A stretch of DNA of 64,000 bases, taken from assembly GCA_011364985.1 (NCBI GenBank), contig RDOC01000003.1, positions 1-64,000 of the forward strand. The letters are read 5' to 3'. This document shows positions 19,397-30,242 of this stretch, piece after piece; within the stretch, counting starts at the first letter, position 1, and each line of letters begins with the position of its first letter. This DNA comes from Candidatus Thorarchaeota archaeon. GTDB lineage: Archaea > Asgardarchaeota > Thorarchaeia > Thorarchaeales > Thorarchaeaceae. The translations under genes were made by a program, and so were the position numbers. A model generated the notes under the pieces. It was given only the letters and a program-made list of their open reading frames with translations, had not been told where the DNA came from and searched no databases.

Positions 19397-19699
19397 CTAC
19401 GGTTCCGTTTTGCTTCTCCTCTTGGTTGCAGTTATCTTCAGAACCACTCCGGCTGAAGTCGGATCTGGGCATCGAACGAACTCAGTCGTGACGCCATCCT
19501 TGTTAATGATCTTCTCGTATGGTGTCCCCTCGTAGGACCAAGGAAGCTTGCCATCATATTCCAGCACACGAATCATGGTTCTTGCAGAGTCTAGAAGCCA
19601 ATTGCACATGTTTCCAATATCTTCGGGATATCTGAACTTCAAACCCACTTTGTGTCTGTTACATCCACTCTCAAAGATCTCCAATTCAATGTCTCGCAA
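19397..19699 (-). CDS. TIGR04076-like small Cys protein
   Basis: GC..HKVG, MC.W, RCPDP...VVLKI pattern. Confidence 0.6.
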   Translation of the reverse strand: MRDIELEIFESGCNRHKVGLKFRYPEDIGNMCNWLLDSARTMIRVLEYDGKLPWSYEGTPYEKIINKDGVTTEFVRCPDPTSAGVVLKITATKRRSKTEP

Positions 19700-20051
19700 A
19701 GATTCACACCATTCTTGAAATACTCAGGTTCGAACAAAAGTGCTTTCTATGTGAGAATAGAAGTGCATTAATCTCATTGAACTCAGACCATCGGCGAAGG
19801 GAAACAGGAGATGGACTATTACCTCCTGCAACGGATGAAAGCGACGCGATTATGCTGACAATCATGCTGTTCATTCTCGTCGTGTTTATTATCGCGTTAT
19901 TGCTGCATTTCCAGCAGAAGCAGCAGTATTGTTCAGCCCCTTGCTTGTTGCCGAATGCTATATTCTCTCTTTGAGACAGAATGAATTGAAAACTCCACGA
20001 AGAGAAAGTAGGAGGCAGGGGAGTCAAGTCCCCTGCAATTGCCAAACGAAT

Positions 20052-21164
20052 CTAGTTGCCTTGATAGCCGTCCTCGTAGGCTCGCCGTTCTTCATCACGT
20101 CCTTCATAGTGTTTCGAAAGGCGGTGCCTGAAGCCCTTTGCATGTTGCCTCTTTCCCCAGTCACCATGCCACCAGAGATCCCTTCTACTTCGGAAGTACA
20201 TTGCGACCTTTGTAAGATCAACAATAACTCTCCAAGTATTAGTTACAACCAAGACAAAGATGATGAAAATCCATATCCAGTCGAAGGGGAAGAATGGAAT
20301 TCCATTATCAATGAAGAATGCCTCTAAATCAACGAAACCCCAGGTCACACCATCTATGCTACCATAGAAGTAGTCTGTAGGCCAACCAACGTTGATTAGA
20401 GCCATGGCGATGACAATCCAGACTATTCCAATGAGAGCCTCGATGATGAGGTTGAGGCTATTCTCACCGGCAACTAGGAACATTCCACCCTTGATTGCGT
20501 CCACGAAGACAAGTGCAGCAATAATTCCCACAAAGGGGACAAAGGCTGTAGAATAGAGGACCTGTACTGCTGGATGGAGTGCAATGACACCAAAGAGGAT
20601 ACCAAAGATTATTTCACCAGCAGCATCGGTTCTCGCCTTGGGCTTGAAGCCTTCAGTACCAATGCCAAACACTCCTTCCAATCTGGTCTTCTCCTGTGGC
20701 ATCTTGTCCCTGTCGGCCAGAGAGATACCTCCGATTATTAGCAGGACAAAGAGTATGTTGACAATCAACATAATCGGAATGCTTGCTGGGAAGTTCTCAA
20801 TCTCACCTATGATTCCCCAGGGAACGAGAAAAGCGCTGCCGACAACGTAGGCGCCTACTAGGAAAGCAGCACAGACACCAATCAGAACCAGAAGCATTCG
20901 GAACACAGGTTGTGCATATTCAGCAGGCACAGGGCCCACTTTCTTCCCACTGCCAGCGTATTCATTTGCTACTGCCTGCGGCTCGCCCATTCGCTCTATT
21001 GCCATGATAGTAGAGCCTTGGGTCATTGTACCATTTCCGATGGCCTCAGCAGACTCAATAAGATGAGTGCGTATCTCTTCCAGAATCTCACCACTATCAA
21101 TTGGCAGATACACCTTCACACGCTCAAGATACTCGTCTATTAGCTTTAGTGGTTCCTTAGTCAT
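20052..21164 (-). CDS. PadR-associated membrane protein with N-terminal HAAS-like domain
   Basis: IDEYLERVKVYLP...EIRTHL...MGEPQAVANEY, then multiple TMs. Confidence 0.75.
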   Translation of the reverse strand: MTKEPLKLIDEYLERVKVYLPIDSGEILEEIRTHLIESAEAIGNGTMTQGSTIMAIERMGEPQAVANEYAGSGKKVGPVPAEYAQPVFRMLLVLIGVCAAFLVGAYVVGSAFLVPWGIIGEIENFPASIPIMLIVNILFVLLIIGGISLADRDKMPQEKTRLEGVFGIGTEGFKPKARTDAAGEIIFGILFGVIALHPAVQVLYSTAFVPFVGIIAALVFVDAIKGGMFLVAGENSLNLIIEALIGIVWIVIAMALINVGWPTDYFYGSIDGVTWGFVDLEAFFIDNGIPFFPFDWIWIFIIFVLVVTNTWRVIVDLTKVAMYFRSRRDLWWHGDWGKRQHAKGFRHRLSKHYEGRDEERRAYEDGYQGN

Positions 21165-21529
21165 TGATAACCAGCCTCCATAGTGATTTCCTTCATTTCA
21201 CCTGAGAGGATATTCCAAGTCTTTGCCATCATTTGAAGAGCATTTCTCCCTTCAGATGTAAGACCATAGTATTTCTTGGGCTTAGTAGGATCGTCATAGT
21301 CCCATTCTGATACCAGTAAGCCGCGTTTTTCCATCCGTCTAAGCAGAGGATAGACAGTGCCTTGTTCGAGCTGCAGGAAGGACACCTTTTGCTCAAGTCG
21401 CTTGACAAGCTCATAACCATAGGCCGGTTCCTTATCAAGTAGAGATAGTATTGCAAGAGTGACTGCTCCACGCTTCACTTCTTTAGCCCACCTGTCCATT
21501 TCTTTGTCTGCTTTCGACATTGCTTTCAC
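21161..21529 (-). CDS. PadR family regulator
   Basis: AYGYEL, GTVYPLLRRME, KKYYGLT. Confidence 0.92.
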   Translation of the reverse strand: MKAMSKADKEMDRWAKEVKRGAVTLAILSLLDKEPAYGYELVKRLEQKVSFLQLEQGTVYPLLRRMEKRGLLVSEWDYDDPTKPKKYYGLTSEGRNALQMMAKTWNILSGEMKEITMEAGYQ

Positions 21530-21701
21530 CAGAGTTGTATTGCTTTGTATTGTGCATCATTGTGCATCACAATATACTATGTATTATATAGTACTATGCA
21601 TCATGCATATATAAATGTTACTAGGTAGGCAAGTGGAAAAACCGCAAGTATATGTACAGGAAGCAATGGAGTTCTGTAGTCAGGCCAGAAAGGTGAAAGG
21701 A

Positions 21702-22148
21702 ATGAGGGAAGAACCAGTCATCATTGGGGTGAAATTGCTATCTCCAGATGCCCAAGTACCAAGGCTTGCAAAACAGGAAGATGCAGCCTTCGATCTTTTC
21801 TCTGTTGTAGATTATGTCCTAGAACCAGGAGCGAGATATGCAGTGCCCACAGGAATATCGGTCGAGATACCGCGGGGCTTTGAAGGGCAAGTACGACCAA
21901 GGAGCGGCCTAACGTTGGAGCACGGAGTGACTGTTCTAAACACTCCGGGGACAATAGACAGCGGGTATCGTGGAGAGATTAAGACTATCATGATCAACCA
22001 TGGCAAGGAGCCCTTCAAGATAACCAAGGGGATGCGAATAAGTCAACTCGCAATTAGAGCTGTTCCCAAGGCACTCTTTGAGGCTGTGGATGAACTCAAC
22101 GAGTCTGACCGTGGCGAAGGAGGATTTGGCAGTACTGGCGTTGATTAG
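21702..22148 (+). CDS. dut: dUTP diphosphatase
   Basis: AAFDL, RPRSGL, GTIDSGYRGEI, RISQL, RGEGGFGSTG. Confidence 0.95.
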   Translation: MREEPVIIGVKLLSPDAQVPRLAKQEDAAFDLFSVVDYVLEPGARYAVPTGISVEIPRGFEGQVRPRSGLTLEHGVTVLNTPGTIDSGYRGEIKTIMINHGKEPFKITKGMRISQLAIRAVPKALFEAVDELNESDRGEGGFGSTGVD

Positions 22149-22162
22149 GAAGGTAGCTGCTT

Positions 22163-23374
22163 ATGTCAGATTATGATGTAATTGTAGTTGGAGGAGGACC
22201 AGGAGGTTCCACGGCGGCTAGAAGAACAGCTCAAAGGGGTCATACTGTGCTCTTGCTTGACAAGGAGAAATTTCCTAGAGTAAAGCCCTGTGCTGGAGGA
22301 GTTCACCCAACAGGCATAGCTGCGTTGGACTTTGGCATCGACGAGGTGGTGCAGAGAAGGCCCTACGGCTTTAGGATGTATGCACCCTCTGGCATGGTGG
22401 TTGACTGCACACAGCAGGAACCATCTGGAGGCTTAGTGATGCGAACAGACTTCGATCATCTGCTTCTGAAAAAGGCGGAAGAGGCGGGGGCTGACGTCAG
22501 AGAGGGAGAGAAGGTCGTAGGAGCAGAGCAGGACTCCAAAGGAGTCAGTGTGATCACTACTGAAGGGGAGATTTACACTGGGAGCTACCTTGTAGGCGCT
22601 GACGGGATAAACAGCGTTGTGGCAAAATCGCTTGGTTTCTATACAGGGTGGCCTAAAGATACTGCAGCTGTGACAATCGAGGTAGAAGCCGAGGTTGGGA
22701 AGAAGGCAGTTGAGAGAATCTGTGGAGTACCAGAGAAGAAAGATAGTGTAGCTTTCCACATCTATCTTGGAGCCGTTGAGTTCGGATATGCATGGTGCTT
22801 TCCGAAGAAGTCTATTCTGAGTGTTGGACTGGGAGGAAGGCAGGATAGGGTTCAGAACCTCCGAAGTACGTTCGACGCATGGTTTGAGGAATTTAAACAC
22901 GAACATGAGCTGGAGCCTGAGATACTGTCAGACACTGCAGCAAGAGTACCATACTCCGGTGCTGCCCCAAAGACAATATTGGGTAGAACGCTACTTGTTG
23001 GAGATGCTGCAGGCTTTGTAAATCCATTTGACCAAGGGGGCATCTTTCTAGCTATAAGGTCAGGAGTCATTGCAGCCCAGATTATGAATGAAGCTGCCAA
23101 AACAGAAAATGCGGACGGTCTCAAGAGGTATGAAAAGGCCTGTCATGATGATTTTGGGGATGTGCTCAAGATTGGAAAGAAAATTGCCAAGCTACTATTC
23201 AAGAGCAAAAAGAACATGGAAACCGTAAGCAGACTGGGCACAGAAGACCCTGTCATTAGGGACATCATGTTCAGGTTGGTGGACGGTCAGGACTCCTACA
23301 CTAAACTCTACAGGGCACTTGTCAAGAGGTTTCTATTCAAGCATCCAAGAGCAGGGCTGTCACTCTATACGTGA
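22163..23374 (+). CDS. Geranylgeranyl reductase family flavoprotein
   Basis: GGGPGG, KPCAGG, GADG, YAWCFP, GDAAG. Confidence 0.9.
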   Translation: MSDYDVIVVGGGPGGSTAARRTAQRGHTVLLLDKEKFPRVKPCAGGVHPTGIAALDFGIDEVVQRRPYGFRMYAPSGMVVDCTQQEPSGGLVMRTDFDHLLLKKAEEAGADVREGEKVVGAEQDSKGVSVITTEGEIYTGSYLVGADGINSVVAKSLGFYTGWPKDTAAVTIEVEAEVGKKAVERICGVPEKKDSVAFHIYLGAVEFGYAWCFPKKSILSVGLGGRQDRVQNLRSTFDAWFEEFKHEHELEPEILSDTAARVPYSGAAPKTILGRTLLVGDAAGFVNPFDQGGIFLAIRSGVIAAQIMNEAAKTENADGLKRYEKACHDDFGDVLKIGKKIAKLLFKSKKNMETVSRLGTEDPVIRDIMFRLVDGQDSYTKLYRALVKRFLFKHPRAGLSLYT

Positions 23375-23537
23375 TGGGTTATCCCAATGTTTATGCCCAT
23401 TGAAAATATAATGGACTTGAGTAGAATGGCGGTCTAGACATGTTATGACAATGGCTAGACCATGCTCAACCGTTGTAAGTGTCCAGACTGGTAATTAGAG
23501 GTGATAGAACACGAATAATACACCCAGAATAATACTC

Positions 23538-23702
23538 ATGATTCTAATAGCGGCTGTGCTCATTGAATTGCTAACTTTCTCTGTGCTTATTTTCGGATTT
23601 CCACCAGGGATGGAACATGGTGCTGCATTGTATGTCAACTCAATCTTTGCAATGTTCATCATAGTGGCATCTGCGACCTGGCTTTTCGTTCATTGGCGTT
23701 AG
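23538..23702 (+). CDS. Small 2-TM protein (54 aa; not in ORF track)
   Basis: MILIAAVLIELLTFSVLIFGFPPG...WLFVHWR; GAGGTGA RBS precedes an in-frame ACG at 23511. Confidence 0.45.
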   Translation: MILIAAVLIELLTFSVLIFGFPPGMEHGAALYVNSIFAMFIIVASATWLFVHWR

Positions 23703-23822
23703 AAACGCGGGGCTACTTCCTAGATTACACTGAAACATCAAGTATTCTCATGAATCTTCGCAGTCATGTTGGCGTTGTCGTAATGTTTTTAATCGTCAGC
23801 GGTCGTCATGACGAACCTGAAT

Positions 23823-23991
23823 GGGCCGGTGGTCTAGCCCGGCTATGATACTGTCCAATTGGATGGTATCGCCGAGTGATGCCGCATTGACAGAAGTGTT
23901 TGACTTCCATGCACGTTCAAACGTGCGGCGGTCACGTGTTCAAGCGGCTTAGGACTTCCCTGAGCCGGAACAAATCACGTCCGGCCCACCA
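23823..23991 (+). tRNA. tRNA-Val(GAC) with three introns (23846-23876, 23893-23922, 23944-23973)
   Basis: GGGCCGG/CCGGCCC acceptor; each intron has a BHB motif; splices to a canonical cloverleaf. Confidence 0.9.
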
Positions 23992-24295
23992 TTTCATTTT
24001 TTTTTGATATTATCAACTAAATCTGGCCATTCAATCCCTAGAAATTCTAGTGCCTCCCTTATCAGACGGTAACTGCACGGCTACAGCCATGTGAAGTAGG
24101 TCCCTATTGAGGACTTTATCTCCATATAACAGATGGCACATGCCGGACTCCAATCCGCCGCCAAGCAAGGCATCTAGGGTTTCATCTCTATTGGCGAGGA
24201 GAAATCTCTAAGTCAGCTCATCGGTTGTTCAGAATGGGTTGAAAGTTTTATCTGCTCGGTAGTTCTTCTTGCCCATGCTTATTGAAGATTCCAGT

Positions 24296-26608
24296 TCAGA
24301 TTTTCTTAGCATTTCGTATCCAAGTTCTAAATGTTGAATCTCTAGGAATCGGTTTCCGGAATTTACCTGATTTCTTTCTTTTTGTTATACGACTTTTGAG
24401 ACTCTTTGAAGAGGAACGTTTCAATGCTTTTATGTTATGAATTCCAGCAGCAAACAGGATTTCAGCCTCATCTTCTCTTATCCCATGGATTTGCATTAGT
24501 TCAGCAAAGGAACACCATCTTGAGACTGTACTTGGGGTAACGCCACAAAGTGAGGAAACTACAGCAATCTCATTCTCTGTTTTACAGGTGTTCAATAAAT
24601 CTGTGCTAGTAAGAATTCCTTGATCAATGAGCCTGCTCTTAGGGACATCATCGATTGTCTTCATGTCAGCAATCAGATGACTCTGCTGCTTTTTCCCATC
24701 TCCATAACTTTCATAGAATTCATCCAATGAAATCATTCCATCGCGATACAATTCGATAGCTAGGTCTTGTTTGGGTAAAGAACTGACTGTTTCGATTCTG
24801 ACTACTTGTCGAATTGCCTCGTGGTGTTGGCTTGTGACAGATTTGGATATTCTTTCAAACCACGGAGCAAAGTCGAAATTGAGAAGGTCTAGATTAAAAG
24901 CTTTGAATTGTTCGATACGATTCCGAACATCATCGGCAGAGAAACCTTCTCTGAGTGCCTTTTTCTCATCATACACAATCTTCTTTCCTGCAACATCTTT
25001 CTGAATCGATTTTAGTTCTTCAATATCGAGGATTGAAAGTGCCTTCGTCATCTCTTGCTCTGCATGATATAGTAACTCTCTTGTTTCCGAAACAGCTTTG
25101 TTCAGCAGTTCCAATGCTTCTCTAGCTTGCTTGCTTTGTTTATTAGCTGCTCTGATCTTGTTGTCTTTTATAGCACTCATACCGCGAATATATGTACGAT
25201 CAATATACTGCGAATATTGTCTTATTAATTTCAGATGTTCTTCCAATTTTATCAAGTATGCAGGTGCATCTGGATTGCTGATTGAAATAGAGGAATCACT
25301 AACGGCATGTGTTGTTTTCTCGTAGTCAGAGTCATATGGTGTAGGACATTTTTCTACTACATATTCGCAGCTTTCTTCACCAATTTCAGCGGCGCGCTCT
25401 TCAAGCCACTTAAAAAGAAGACTGATAACAGCGCCTGCTGCTCCAGCGCCATACCCAATTATCTCAAGTATGAAGAGTATAGCATCAATACTACCCATGA
25501 TTACGAACAAATTATGCGCCGCAGGAGCTGTTCCAAGTCCCCATTCAGCCATCTTTGCAGCATCTATCTTATTACCTAAAATCCTGATTCGCTGTGTTAC
25601 AGGTGGAACATATGGATAATGAACAGCATCCTCGTTTCCTATCTTAAGAATCGTCAAGGGTACATGATATGTATACGTTTTTTCAGTTGGTCCAAGAAGA
25701 TGGAATTCTTCGCAATCGTGATCAGCTGTATACCAGCTCCATTTCTTCAGTAGAGAATCTGTATAGAAGGATGCATAGTAACCTGGATCCAAATATTGGA
25801 GTTGTTCACTGTTAGGTCCACCTCGCCTGCGCAGAACAATGTCAGTTCGTTTGTCATCTTCGTCTTCTTCAAAACATCCAACTTTGAATGTCAAGGGTTC
25901 CCGATAATAATTTCTGAATCCGAAGAATAGCTCATAATCATGGTTCCAGAAAGGATGTCCTTGGACAAAAAACCTGATATCGTACATGGAGTGAGTTTTC
26001 ACAGATATTTTCAGGGTCTTTCTTTCAGTCAGTGTTCCTAGATGGCGACCAGGTTTATTCTCACCCCTATATTCAACCCATTCCCATTGATCTAGTTTAG
26101 CTTCAATATCGAAAGAAAAGGTTGTATATTCTCCAAGATGAAAGAGATCTTTAGGTGCTGTGAATCTTACTGACTGGTCATCCTTGTCGAAGGTGCAATA
26201 AGTGTCAAATCTTGGTGGTGGTATCTCATCACCTCTTCTCTGTCTTCTCAACTCCTCTTTTTGCTCCCTTGTCATCGGGTCTGAAAAATGCGCCATAACC
26301 TGCCCTGAGTCATCATACATAGTTATCTTAAAACTTGGAATGTCGTAATTGGTCGTTGCTTCTCGATAGGACATAGCGATTTTGAATACAACATCTCCTC
26401 TAAGCACTGGCAACCAGTATTCCCACTGATCTTTCCCAATTAATTTGAATGGGGGATCCTCTGGTACATCATCATGTGCTTCATATTCAGGAAACATAAG
26501 GAACTCGATTTTGGGGTCTTCAAACCGTTCATCACGTGTCCATTCTCCAATACATTGAATCGACACAAATGGGATTATAGTATCCCTAGAAACCATTCGT
26601 AATGCCAT
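24296..26608 (-). CDS. 770-aa protein: beta-rich N-terminus, central hydrophobic hairpin, coiled coil, C-terminal DUF4332 (HhH)
   Basis: WCSFAELMQIHGI..EAEILFAAGI; paralog of 27295-29499. Confidence 0.75.
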   Translation of the reverse strand: MALRMVSRDTIIPFVSIQCIGEWTRDERFEDPKIEFLMFPEYEAHDDVPEDPPFKLIGKDQWEYWLPVLRGDVVFKIAMSYREATTNYDIPSFKITMYDDSGQVMAHFSDPMTREQKEELRRQRRGDEIPPPRFDTYCTFDKDDQSVRFTAPKDLFHLGEYTTFSFDIEAKLDQWEWVEYRGENKPGRHLGTLTERKTLKISVKTHSMYDIRFFVQGHPFWNHDYELFFGFRNYYREPLTFKVGCFEEDEDDKRTDIVLRRRGGPNSEQLQYLDPGYYASFYTDSLLKKWSWYTADHDCEEFHLLGPTEKTYTYHVPLTILKIGNEDAVHYPYVPPVTQRIRILGNKIDAAKMAEWGLGTAPAAHNLFVIMGSIDAILFILEIIGYGAGAAGAVISLLFKWLEERAAEIGEESCEYVVEKCPTPYDSDYEKTTHAVSDSSISISNPDAPAYLIKLEEHLKLIRQYSQYIDRTYIRGMSAIKDNKIRAANKQSKQAREALELLNKAVSETRELLYHAEQEMTKALSILDIEELKSIQKDVAGKKIVYDEKKALREGFSADDVRNRIEQFKAFNLDLLNFDFAPWFERISKSVTSQHHEAIRQVVRIETVSSLPKQDLAIELYRDGMISLDEFYESYGDGKKQQSHLIADMKTIDDVPKSRLIDQGILTSTDLLNTCKTENEIAVVSSLCGVTPSTVSRWCSFAELMQIHGIREDEAEILFAAGIHNIKALKRSSSKSLKSRITKRKKSGKFRKPIPRDSTFRTWIRNAKKI

Positions 26609-27023
26609 TGTGGTATTTTCACCTCATCGTGAATAGTGTCAAGCTCCCAATCAGGCGTGACCTTTGTCATCTATTCCTTGATTGAGTCCCCCACTCAAGT
26701 GCAAGTCCAGAGAAGAATATTAGACAGGTCGTATAATGTAATACGAGCTTAAGTTGCTATTCAATCTTCTCATGTTTCGATCTCGCCCGTACCGCCTATT
26801 TTATTGCTGTAAAACAAAGCTGCATTGCTCAATCCAAAATGACACGGAAAAAGATGGATAGGTAACTGTCGGTGTCATATTCAAACAGCTGCAGAAATAT
26901 GGAGGCGGGTTTATTGCATCCACATTCAGCTTCAGGCATATCAGCTTTCAAGCAGAATCTGGTGTAATTCAACAGCTAGTGACAGTGCGGTGAAGATAGG
27001 TGGATTTCCCATCTGATACCGAT

Positions 27024-27053
27024 TCACGTGTTCAAGTCACCTCAGGCCCATCA
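27024..27053 (+). repeat. Degenerate intron-less copy of the tRNA-Val 3' end (att-like)
   Basis: TCACGTGTTCAAGTCACCTCAGGCCCATCA vs spliced TCACGTGTTCAAATCACGTCCGGCCCACCA (4 mismatches). Confidence 0.75.
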
Positions 27054-27294
27054 CTTCCTCAGAATGTCAGCCGAGGGCAATCAGAGGGCTTTTGATGACC
27101 TAAAAGGTTCCAAAACGGATATTCTAAGTGCGAATCAGAAGCGGAAAATTAACAGGAACATTGATTACAAAGCTCAGGCATGTTCCTATGCGCAACAATT
27201 CTACATCAATTTAGCAGCTAAGTAGAATGGAGGGAGAGAGATAGTTGGTTACGCCTGATAGGTATCAAGATAGAATTAGAAGGAGAAATGAGAG

Positions 27295-29499
27295 ATGGAT
27301 ACAGAAGTAGTGATAGCATCCATAGCCTGTACTGGCGAGCTGGATGAGTCAAATCGCTATGTTAACCCGTATATTGACATAGTATTAGATCCTTTTGAAG
27401 CAGCCAAAGATAAGACAGATGACGAAATGGAATATGCCATCGACATCTTACGTGGTGATGTAATTATAAAGGTCAGCACAAGCTATATCGAGGCGACCGA
27501 ATACCTTGATGAACCTTCTTTCAGGATGACAGTGAAAGATGCCTCTGGGCAAATAATTGATGTCGTAGAGGATGAATATGATCCCTCAATGGTGCGGGAT
27601 AGATTTCTCTATCATGACAAGGATAAGTCTGAACTCTACTATATATCAAAAATAGATAACTTCACTCCTGCAGAACCCTTAACATATCAATTTGACCTCG
27701 AGGCGAATATTGTACTATACGAATGGACGGATGAAGGAGAACGCGGAGATTACGTTGACACAATAACAAAGATGCAGAGTATTATTGTGAAAGTCACAGC
27801 AAATGCAATTGAAAGAATCCTAGTCACCCCATCATTTAGCCCAACTTCAAATATCAAATGGAAAGACTATTACAGACTCATAGTCAAAGTGGAAAACCTC
27901 CATTCAAATCCTATTAATTACAAGCTGCCTTGCCGCGAGGATGATGACAAGGAGATATGGGACTATTCCCTGAATATTCTAGGCGCAAAAGGAACCCAGA
28001 CTCACACCGAAGACTTGCATCAGGATTGGACATGGTACTCGGAGAATCCAGGGCTTTCCTTTATCACAAGTGGCCCCACAACGAAGACCTTCAAGTATAC
28101 TGCTCAGTTGATATTGTGCGAATATCAAGATGGTCAGTTGGTTGAAACAGTATACGGACCCTATGAGCTATCAAAGATCGTATACGTTCCTCAGAATAAA
28201 CTTGATCATGCCTATTGGGCAAATATCTGCTGGGGTTCGGGAGCTGGATGTTTTGGAGCTGCAGCAGGCACAGCGTTTTGGGGAGTTGTGTGCACTGTCA
28301 TTTCGCAATTCCTGCTTGAGATGACATTGCCGTTTTGTCTGTTCTGTTTCCAATTAGCGGGATTCTATTTGACTGCAGGAGGAATTCTTGAAATGATTGG
28401 AGGATGGAATGCGAGTGATGCAAAGGATAAATGCCCCATCTCTTTTGACCGCCAATATAAGGAATTAGCTGAAGAAGACCTTGAGAAATACCTCCGACCA
28501 CTTCCACAAGACGTGTCAACGGAACTTGAAGAATTGCAGGAAGCATTTGCTGGATTGGTTGCATTGAATGAAAGCATCAATAAAACACATGCTAGATTCC
28601 TTAGTGCGAAAAAAGAGAATGATACCAAAGCTGCTAAGAAACAACGTGCTTATGCTGAAGCATCATCTAGTGTTCTTAAGGATCATCTCACCACTATCAA
28701 GAACCTGCTGCCGCGGGTTAGGAAAGACGCCAAGAATGTAGCCGAGAAGATTGATAGGGAGAAACTTGCCGAGCTGGCGGAATACTATTTCGAAAAAGGC
28801 ATTCCCTCTGGTCACGAAACGAAGTTCAAACGGGAACTAAAGCGTTGTGGAGTTGACTCAAAGGATATCTCCAGAATTGAACAAGATTCGAAAAGAGGGA
28901 AACCGACTGATTTTCTAGATTTCAACATTCAAGAAGCTCATAATGTACTAGAGCAAAGTGCCCTTAAGGTAAGGGATGACACAGAAGACCAGATTGAGCG
29001 AATAGAAGAACTAGATGGCTTATCGAAAGAGGATATGAGCATCGAGCTACTTCAAGAGGGACTCATCACTCTTGACGAATACTTTGAACGCCGGAAGAAA
29101 AATGAAAAAGCCAGCAACTACTTATTACTGGAGATTGAAGACATTAGACTCCACGATAGAAAACGACTCGACGAAGCAGATATTCATTCGACCTCAGATT
29201 TTCTCAAAGCCTGTAGAAAGCGTAAAGGTATCAAGCTGCTTTCGACTCGAACCGGTATTGATAGGAAGAAGGTCATCTATTGGTGCCATTTGGCAGAGCT
29301 AATGCAAATTCGGGGTGTTGGCGAGCGAGAAGCCAAACTCTTGATTCTTTCAGGAATAAAGACCAGAAGAGCATTACAGAAAGCATCTAGAAAGAAATTA
29401 CACGAAACAATGCAAAAGATGAAGAAAGAGCATGAAGTTATAGGCAGAATTCCTACCGAAGCAACTATCAAGAAGTGGGTGGAGCGATCCAAGAAATAG
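27295..29499 (+). CDS. 734-aa paralog with C-terminal DUF4332 (HhH)
   Basis: WCHLAELMQIRGVG..EAKLLILSGI; shares LRGDV, GPT.KT..Y and KCP...D motifs with 24296-26608. Confidence 0.75.
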   Translation: MDTEVVIASIACTGELDESNRYVNPYIDIVLDPFEAAKDKTDDEMEYAIDILRGDVIIKVSTSYIEATEYLDEPSFRMTVKDASGQIIDVVEDEYDPSMVRDRFLYHDKDKSELYYISKIDNFTPAEPLTYQFDLEANIVLYEWTDEGERGDYVDTITKMQSIIVKVTANAIERILVTPSFSPTSNIKWKDYYRLIVKVENLHSNPINYKLPCREDDDKEIWDYSLNILGAKGTQTHTEDLHQDWTWYSENPGLSFITSGPTTKTFKYTAQLILCEYQDGQLVETVYGPYELSKIVYVPQNKLDHAYWANICWGSGAGCFGAAAGTAFWGVVCTVISQFLLEMTLPFCLFCFQLAGFYLTAGGILEMIGGWNASDAKDKCPISFDRQYKELAEEDLEKYLRPLPQDVSTELEELQEAFAGLVALNESINKTHARFLSAKKENDTKAAKKQRAYAEASSSVLKDHLTTIKNLLPRVRKDAKNVAEKIDREKLAELAEYYFEKGIPSGHETKFKRELKRCGVDSKDISRIEQDSKRGKPTDFLDFNIQEAHNVLEQSALKVRDDTEDQIERIEELDGLSKEDMSIELLQEGLITLDEYFERRKKNEKASNYLLLEIEDIRLHDRKRLDEADIHSTSDFLKACRKRKGIKLLSTRTGIDRKKVIYWCHLAELMQIRGVGEREAKLLILSGIKTRRALQKASRKKLHETMQKMKKEHEVIGRIPTEATIKKWVERSKK

Positions 29500-29682
29500 G
29501 ATAAAACCAAGGGAAGAAGAACCTAAGGAATTTCGTTCTGAGAAGTTGGGAGTCTACTCCCAACTCCAATTCCTTGAGAGAAGTCTATCTTTCGTCTAGC
29601 ATAGCCTCTGTTTCTTCAAATCATGTTCGTTCTACCATTAGCCACTTTCCCAGGTAAGAGAGGGCAATTGGAACTTGAGATT

Positions 29683-30135
29683 CTACCGATGGCTCTTGCT
29701 GAATAGCTCCTTCCACTTTTGATAGGCCACTCTGAACTCGTCATCCTTTCCGAGTTCATTGTACAGAACATATAGACCATGCCAAGGGCTATGATAATCA
29801 GGATCTAATTCTATGGAGTGTTTGTACGCTTTCTCTGCTTCTTGATATCGATTGATTCCTTGAAGCTTAAACACATTTCCGAGACTGTACCAACCCTCCG
29901 AATGCGTAGAATCGATCTGCAGAGCAGTCCGATATGCCTGCTCGGCCTCGGGAAGCCGCTCTTTTCCTTGTAGTGCAATTGAAGATCCTAAGGACAACCA
30001 ATAAGGCGCGTTCTTGGGGTCTACCAGAATGAGTTCTCTATATGCAAGTTCAGCCTTGGCAAACCGTTCTTGTTGAAAGAGCTTTCGCGCTTTTGCAAGG
30101 AGCTGTTCTGCATTCTCCTTCAAAGTTATCTCCAT
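29683..30135 (-). CDS. TPR-repeat protein
   Basis: Three TPR-like repeats (AE.AY..A..iDP....W..LG). Confidence 0.8.
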   Translation of the reverse strand: MEITLKENAEQLLAKARKLFQQERFAKAELAYRELILVDPKNAPYWLSLGSSIALQGKERLPEAEQAYRTALQIDSTHSEGWYSLGNVFKLQGINRYQEAEKAYKHSIELDPDYHSPWHGLYVLYNELGKDDEFRVAYQKWKELFSKSHR

Positions 30136-30242
30136 CTTCTTTTTATTACATTCATGGGAAATAAAGATAGCTGAGCAATTCATGAATCTGTATTTTGACT
30201 GGTTTGGACTTCGAAGAAAGTATCAGGAGATGCCAACAGAGA

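Noticed and set aside
26774-26797. Possible further tRNA 3' relic (TTCGATCTCGCCCGTACCGCC)
   Set aside because: Too short and degenerate to distinguish from chance
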